Of a stretch of 20,000 nt of DNA, positions 15,685 through 20,000 are shown one piece after another. Position numbers and translations under genes: made by a program. This DNA comes from an uncultured virus (IMG/VR IMGVR_UViG_3300015615_000373) (taxonomy: Duplodnaviria; Heunggongvirae; Uroviricota; Caudoviricetes): the IMG/VR virus record IMGVR_UViG_3300015615_000373, positions 49,065 through 69,064 of that record. One strand, given 5' to 3'. Numbering within the stretch: position 1 is the stretch's first letter; the number at the start of each line of letters is the position of its first letter. Under the pieces are notes generated by a model. It was not told where the DNA came from. It ran no database searches and worked only from the letters and a program-made list of their open reading frames with translations.

Positions 15685-15703
15685 TGGCACGGCGTTTGTC
15701 CGG
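15685..15703 (+). promoter_or_regulatory. third copy of the sigma54-like 19-mer
   Basis: TGGCACGGCGTTTGTCCGG, 17/19 identical to the other copies, 65 bp from copy B's box, abutting the parB-like stop. Confidence 0.5.
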
Positions 15704-16573
15704 TTACATCAACTTCGGGTCGACCTCAAATTCAGTCGCACATTCAGGACAGATTGCGGGAATAAGATTTTGTTCGCCGGTAAATTTTCCGCCTTGTTTC
15801 TTTTCCGCCGCCGCGACATCGGACGCGGTAACTTCCCCGCCGTCGGATACCGGCGGCTTAATGTTCGGGTCGAACAAGTGCGGTTTGTCGGCAAGTAATT
15901 CCATTGCGCGGAAGACGGTTGCCGACACATCGGTCGTTCCAAGTTTTTGCGAAAGGGCGACCGACAGCTTCAAGAACAGCGAATACCGTTCGGGGTCGAA
16001 GGCTAATTGCGTTTGCCGCATTTCAGACATTTTCGCAGTTTCCCGAACTTTGACGCCGCCTTTACCGTCGGACGCGTCCGACGTTTTGCCTTCTTCGGGT
16101 TCGGGTTCGAAGTGCATCGTAGCGACAAGTTCCGTTAGATACGCGTCGTCGTAGCCGGTTTCTTCAAGGGCGCCCGCCGCCTGTAACGATTGCAGAACTT
16201 CGAGTTGCAGTTCCGCGTCGTATCCGCCGCGTTCGTTCAATCGGTTCAATGCCGCCGCCGCCGCGCGTCGGTCGTTGTCGTTGTTGAAAGTAATGCCGGT
16301 CGTAACCGGAACCATCCACTTGTCGCCTTTGACAATAACGCCGACCGGCGGTTCGCCGCCTTTCGATTTCAGAAGTTGCAGGGCTTCGACGCGTCCGTTC
16401 CCGTCGAAGTTTTCGCCGGTCGATTCGTCGATACCGATAGGCGTTAAAAGCCCGCGTTTCGCAATCGAACCGGCGATGCCTTCTACGTCGTGAAGTTTGA
16501 AGTTCTTCTCAAGGGGTTTGATACTGTCAAGGTCGCGGTACGCGATGCCTAATTTTGGGGCGATATTTTTCAT
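15704..16573 (-). CDS. ParB/Srx N-terminal domain protein with C-terminal Zn ribbon
   Basis: SI.P..KN...HD...I..SI...G...PI.ID..TG...DGNGR..AL; CPEC..EF tail typical of terminase-proximal ParB-like genes. Confidence 0.85.
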   Translation of the reverse strand: MKNIAPKLGIAYRDLDSIKPLEKNFKLHDVEGIAGSIAKRGLLTPIGIDESTGENFDGNGRVEALQLLKSKGGEPPVGVIVKGDKWMVPVTTGITFNNDNDRRAAAAALNRLNERGGYDAELQLEVLQSLQAAGALEETGYDDAYLTELVATMHFEPEPEEGKTSDASDGKGGVKVRETAKMSEMRQTQLAFDPERYSLFLKLSVALSQKLGTTDVSATVFRAMELLADKPHLFDPNIKPPVSDGGEVTASDVAAAEKKQGGKFTGEQNLIPAICPECATEFEVDPKLM

Positions 16574-16580
16574 AAGTCAC

Positions 16581-16609
16581 ACGGTATCACTTTTATTTAT
16601 GCCCGTCAA
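16581..16609 (-). promoter_or_regulatory. sigma70 promoter, probably leaderless transcript
   Basis: TTGACG, 17 bp, TGaTACCGT, then 7 nt to ATG 16573; no SD. Confidence 0.7.
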
Positions 16610-16621
16610 TTACAAAACTTA

Positions 16622-16707
16622 AATCGCGGATATTATTTTACAGCCGCGATTCCAAGTAAATGCGGGCGTTCTGCCGACGTTTTATCTGTCCGCCGACCGA
16701 ACGCCCG
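16622..16707 (-). terminator. two intergenic stem-loops (possible terminator or processing site)
   Basis: CGGGCGTTC/GAACGCCCG (16663-16707) and AATCGCGG/CCGCGATT (16622-16651); weak U-tracts. Confidence 0.4.
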
Positions 16708-16712
16708 TCCGG

Positions 16713-16991
16713 TTATTTGTTTCCTTCCGTCGGTGATACGCCGCCGGTCGTTTTAGAATGTCGGTTTCCGTCGGCGTGTAAAGAGCCGACAAGCAAGACG
16801 CAGTTCAGGGACAATTGACGCAACTTCCCGCCGTCCGCCGCGTCGACCGTAACCGGCGTTATGTCGACGCGGATTCCCAAGTCGGTTGCTTGTTCCATAG
16901 TGTGATTGATGTCGTAAATTTGCTTTTTCAGCAAGGCGACGGTGTCGGTTATCTCAAGTGGTAATTTAAGTTTTTGAGTATTTTTTTTCAT
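16713..16991 (-). CDS. hypothetical protein
   Basis: ATG ORF a few nt after the upstream stop. Confidence 0.65.
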   Translation of the reverse strand: MKKNTQKLKLPLEITDTVALLKKQIYDINHTMEQATDLGIRVDITPVTVDAADGGKLRQLSLNCVLLVGSLHADGNRHSKTTGGVSPTEGNK

Positions 16992-16995
16992 TGCT

Positions 16996-17457
16996 TTAGT
17001 TCCGTATGTAGGTTTCGTATTCAGCTTCCGGCGACATCGCGTCGGCGTCGGGGTGTCCGCAATGTCCGCAGTTGTCCGCCGTGCAGTTTTCCAAAGGGCG
17101 ATACCCCAAATGTACCGCTTGAGCGCAGAACCGTTCCCAATTGTCGAAGTCGGTCATTGATGCGATGCCGTTCGAACTTCCGTCCGGCGCAAGGCAGTCA
17201 CATTGAATGTTGGTATCGGTCATAACCGCGATGTGATGATAGCCGTCCCCGTCTTCCATTACGAAAGCCCGACCGGATTCAAACGCGGCGTATGACGCAT
17301 CAATCGCGGCGGCGGCGTTCTTGTGTTTGGTTTCAAACGGGACGTTCATAGCCCGTAGCGCCGCGTAGCGGTCGGTTCGTGGGTTCGGGCGGGCGGCGAT
17401 ACCGTTGATAGTTCCGTCGGCGTCCCGTAGTCGTATGTTGTTTCCTAAGTTTGTCAT
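16996..17457 (-). CDS. hypothetical Cys-containing protein
   Basis: Conserved leader AAGGAAACGACAATG preceded by hairpin CCGGCGG/CCGCCGG. Confidence 0.75.
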   Translation of the reverse strand: MTNLGNNIRLRDADGTINGIAARPNPRTDRYAALRAMNVPFETKHKNAAAAIDASYAAFESGRAFVMEDGDGYHHIAVMTDTNIQCDCLAPDGSSNGIASMTDFDNWERFCAQAVHLGYRPLENCTADNCGHCGHPDADAMSPEAEYETYIRN

Positions 17458-17509
17458 TGTCGTTTCCTTCCGGCGGATAATGGCGCCGCCGGTCGCCGGT
17501 GACAGTCGG

Positions 17510-17923
17510 TTATGAGATATGCGTATCGAACAGAGTCGCGTTGTATTCGTTTTCGCAAGGTGTCAAACAGACGAACGTAAACAAAGCCGTTCCGTTTGAA
17601 CCGCCGGTAAAATGCGTATAAGAAACGTGAACCGGAACCCAAATTCTGAGAAGTGGGCGTTTGTTTCCAACTTCGTCGACCGGAACTTCGACAACACTTC
17701 CGCCAAAGTTGTCAATAGTGATTGATTTCATTATGACCGGAACCGTATTAAAGGGTTCGGATTGTATGCCGACGTAAACTTCGCCGTTGCGAGTATGTTT
17801 AGGTGTTACGGTCAAAGGTGCGTGGAACCCGCGTTTGCACAGTTCCGTTGCGATTGCTTCTTTGATAAGTTCTAATGTTTCCGGTGCCAATTCCGTCGTG
17901 GAGTTTTTGATTATGTTTGTCAT
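17510..17923 (-). CDS. hypothetical protein
   Basis: Leader AAGGAAACGACAAAAATG; upstream region interrupted by the IS end. Confidence 0.75.
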   Translation of the reverse strand: MTNIIKNSTTELAPETLELIKEAIATELCKRGFHAPLTVTPKHTRNGEVYVGIQSEPFNTVPVIMKSITIDNFGGSVVEVPVDEVGNKRPLLRIWVPVHVSYTHFTGGSNGTALFTFVCLTPCENEYNATLFDTHIS

Positions 17924-17961
17924 TTTTGTCGTTTCCTTTTAATTTTAGGGAGTTATATACT

Positions 17962-18096
17962 TCACTCCCGTTTCTCCTTTTTTGGTTCTGCTTTTGCACG
18001 TTTTCTAGGTTTCTTTTTCTTTTCTTTAGGCCGATATTTCAGAACAATATCGGCCATTTTATCCAACATAATCGGTGTTTCTTTTTCATCGCTCAT
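17962..18096 (-). CDS. small Lys-rich ORF of the IS1595-type element (44 aa)
   Basis: MSDEKETPIMLDKMADIVLKYRPKEKKKKPRKRAKAEPKKEKRE; ATGA overlap with the transposase stop; ends inside the terminal repeat. Confidence 0.65.
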   Translation of the reverse strand: MSDEKETPIMLDKMADIVLKYRPKEKKKKPRKRAKAEPKKEKRE

Positions 18097-18461
18097 GCGG
18101 TTAGCTCCTTGTAGGTCAAACGCTTTCCGTTTGAGGCCGTAATAAAGCTATCGAGCCTTTCGAGCATGTGAAACTTCACGTTCCCGAAATTGAGCCGGAA
18201 CGTAAATTCATTCACATAGCGGTTCAAATGCTTTTTGCTTGTGTGATGGTAAACACCCGTGATTCCACGTTTCAGCAAAGCCCAAACGCTCTCTATCGAG
18301 TTCGTTGTGACCAGTCCGCGTCCGTATTCGCCGCCCGAATGGTTGATAGCCTGATGGTGAAAGAAAAGACCGTCTAAGCCGCTGTACGCCTTGTGTTCGT
18401 CGGTAAAGAGTTGCGAACCGACTTCAACGTGATCGTGAATTGCCTGTTGGATTGTCGGCAT
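18093..18461 (-). pseudogene. IS1595/ISXO2-like DDE transposase, C-terminal fragment
   Basis: TDE..AY, H..INH...EY, TNSIES.W..LKRG..G.YH..S.KHL.RY..EF.FR, RLTYK.L; N-terminal Zn ribbon, HTH and first Asp are missing. Confidence 0.85.
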
Positions 18462-19792
18462 CAGAATAATCCCCCCTGTGTTTTTTGACTGTCTGCCTCT
18501 AAAAACAAAGGTTCTCTCGTTCTTGCCGCTTCGATGCGGGCCGTCGCGATCTCTACATATTCCAATTCTCTTTCGATGCCGATAAAGCGAAAGTCCTCAA
18601 ACATTGCCGCCTTACCGGTCGAGCCTGATCCGGTATAGGGGTCAAGCACCGTGCCGCCCGGCGGGGTAATTAGCCGACAAAGATACTGCATTAAGGCGGT
18701 CGGCTTTACTGTCGGGTGATGGTTTTGCTGTGGCTGGACGCCCTTCTCCTCGAAAGTTCCCATCCCGATAGCAGTCCTGCTATCGGGCCGATCTACCGGA
18801 AAGCCGTCTAAACCGCCGTTGCGGTCTGACTTTGATGCTTTGGCACAGTAGAAAAACCGTGCGGCCGATCCTGCGTCACCGTGTTGATTATTTTGATTCG
18901 ACACGCCGTTTAGGAACATCGAGCCGTCGCCGTAAGCGTCTTTGTCGGACGTGACCTTGCCGCTTGTAGTATTCGGAAAATGCGCTAAAACCTCATCGCT
19001 GCCGTCGGTTATCACGTTGGCGGGGAATCTGCCCTTAGCCGAGTGCGTGTCCGCAAAGCCGCCATTCTGCTTGCCGCCTTCGTAAATCGGCTTCGTTGTT
19101 TTGAATCTTTCAACGGGGCCGAGGGCGTTGTTGTGTGCGATCTGTTTATCCTGTGGCGAGGCGTATTCCACCCGGCAACCATCAATATTTATTCCGCCCG
19201 TTCCGTGTTCGATCACGTTCTGGGCAACCGTGCCAATCAAAGGCTTTCGGGCAAGCGTCCAAAGTTCCATTGCGGGTTTTAGAGCCGTTCCCCAACCAGC
19301 AGCAGCAGCAGCAGCAGCAGTAACAGGATCGTCGCCATCTATCTCGTGATAGCCGTTTTTCTTTGCCTCTTCGATAAAAGGCCGCGAATCCTGACGAGCT
19401 TTGAGATTTCCGACCGCCGACACATCCAACCGCTTTTTCTCTCGAACCGCTCCGAGCGTTTTATCGATAGCCTTACTGACATCGAGCGACTTCGGAAACC
19501 CTGATCCGTATATCCAGGCAACCGTATCCCTTATCTCAAAGCCTGCGTCCTCGATATTTACGACCATTCGATGTTGTGTCCGCGTTCCGCAAGCGACAAG
19601 AATGTGTCCGCCGGGTTTGAGCAGTCGTAGAGCCTCAGCCCAAACATCGACGCCTGGCACGTCGTAATCCCATTTCTTGCCCATAAACGAGATGCCATAC
19701 GGCGGATCGGTGACAATAGAATCAACGGAATTATCGGGAAGCGTTTTCATCACTTCCAAACAATCGCCTTGATGTAATTCAAATTGCGTCAT
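18461..19792 (-). CDS. N4-C/N6-A DNA methyltransferase (beta class, phage type)
   Basis: GDCLE, VTDPPY, W.YGSGFPKS, GRFPAN, HPTVKP, VLDPY.GSGSTG; SD AAGGAGG. Confidence 0.95.
   Translation of the reverse strand: MTQFELHQGDCLEVMKTLPDNSVDSIVTDPPYGISFMGKKWDYDVPGVDVWAEALRLLKPGGHILVACGTRTQHRMVVNIEDAGFEIRDTVAWIYGSGFPKSLDVSKAIDKTLGAVREKKRLDVSAVGNLKARQDSRPFIEEAKKNGYHEIDGDDPVTAAAAAAAGWGTALKPAMELWTLARKPLIGTVAQNVIEHGTGGINIDGCRVEYASPQDKQIAHNNALGPVERFKTTKPIYEGGKQNGGFADTHSAKGRFPANVITDGSDEVLAHFPNTTSGKVTSDKDAYGDGSMFLNGVSNQNNQHGDAGSAARFFYCAKASKSDRNGGLDGFPVDRPDSRTAIGMGTFEEKGVQPQQNHHPTVKPTALMQYLCRLITPPGGTVLDPYTGSGSTGKAAMFEDFRFIGIERELEYVEIATARIEAARTREPLFLEADSQKTQGGLF
19297..19320. repeat. (CAG)8 microsatellite encoding Ala7
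   Basis: Perfect 24-bp triplet run inside the DNA methyltransferase. Confidence 0.95.
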
Positions 19793-20000
19793 CACTCACC
19801 TCCTTTCGTCTGCGTCCAGACCAAATCTCGCTAACGTAGCTTTGCGTCGTGCCGAACTCAGCCGCGACCTCACGTTGTTTCCGTTGCCCTTTGAGCAATC
19901 GAATTTGATCTATCGCGGACTCGGACAAAACCGTGTTGTGATGCCGGTCGCCAGTCAACTTCGTGCCGTGTCGGATTTGATCGGCTTTGTTCTCGACCGA
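19779..20000 (-). CDS. HNH homing-endonuclease-type protein, C-terminal part with HTH (partial)
   Basis: Hand translation SVENKADQIRHGTKLTGDRHHNTVLSESAIDQIRLLKGQRKQREVAAEFGTTQSYVSEIWSGRRRKEVSDDAI fits the EN..D...HGT...G.RH...L....IR + HTH tail; not in ORF track. Confidence 0.75.
   Translation of the reverse strand, partial: SVENKADQIRHGTKLTGDRHHNTVLSESAIDQIRLLKGQRKQREVAAEFGTTQSYVSEIWSGRRRKEVSDDAI

Larger units (their letters stand above)
17948..18461 (-). mobile_element. IS1595-family element, right-hand part only
   Basis: Terminal GGGAGTTATATACTTCACTCCC next to AT-rich TAATTTTA (candidate 8-bp target); transposase C-half plus small Lys-rich ORF; oligonucleotide signature changes here. Confidence 0.8.

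Noticed and set aside
15704..16573. Plasmid-type partition system
   Set aside because: No parA or parS array, and the protein lacks a clear ParB HTH; it fits the terminase-associated ParB/Srx type better.
19297..19320. ON/OFF phase variation of the methyltransferase
   Set aside because: Triplet unit changes preserve the reading frame.
114..19667. Numerous plus-strand ORFs in the track (e.g. 6902-7633, 5197-5691, 15684-16154)
   Set aside because: They shadow well-supported minus-strand genes and lack SD sequences and recognisable motifs.
18461..19792. The methyltransferase as an IS1595 passenger gene
   Set aside because: It sits where the transposase N-half should be, follows a phage-type HNH gene, and no left IR is visible.
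1..20000. tRNA or rRNA genes
   Set aside because: No cloverleaf with T-loop and D-loop consensus, or rRNA-like stretch, was seen in the few intergenic gaps.

Overview
Tailed-phage or prophage DNA with every credible gene on the minus strand. Read in the direction of transcription (right to left): the C-terminus of an HNH/HTH endonuclease and an N4C/N6A DNA methyltransferase; a 5'-truncated IS1595-family element ending at 17948; small early-type genes; a ParB-like gene; an IbrA/IbrB-type cluster (PP-loop protein, ParB/Srx protein, GNAT); a lipoprotein; DUF1643; terS; Zn-ribbon and HNH-like genes; terL followed by a 2OG-Fe(II) oxygenase and a SAM methyltransferase instead of a portal; then about 20 small hypothetical genes, including a stand-alone MutS mismatch-recognition domain, behind repeated sigma70 promoter/hairpin/RBS cassettes. 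Most notable: (1) a 203-bp non-coding element present twice (3747-3949, 15436-15638) that aligns without gaps, ends in a sigma54-like box and carries the same TTTGG-N17-CCAAA dyad that straddles the -35 of three sigma70 promoters; (2) a probable multi-enzyme modification system split around the terminase genes; (3) extreme avoidance of GATC/GGCC/GGNCC/CCNGG/GCWGC in 1-17947, strong enough to remove Pro-Gly and Gly-Pro dipeptides, which stops abruptly at the IS end. All family assignments come from motif recognition by eye; no searches were run.
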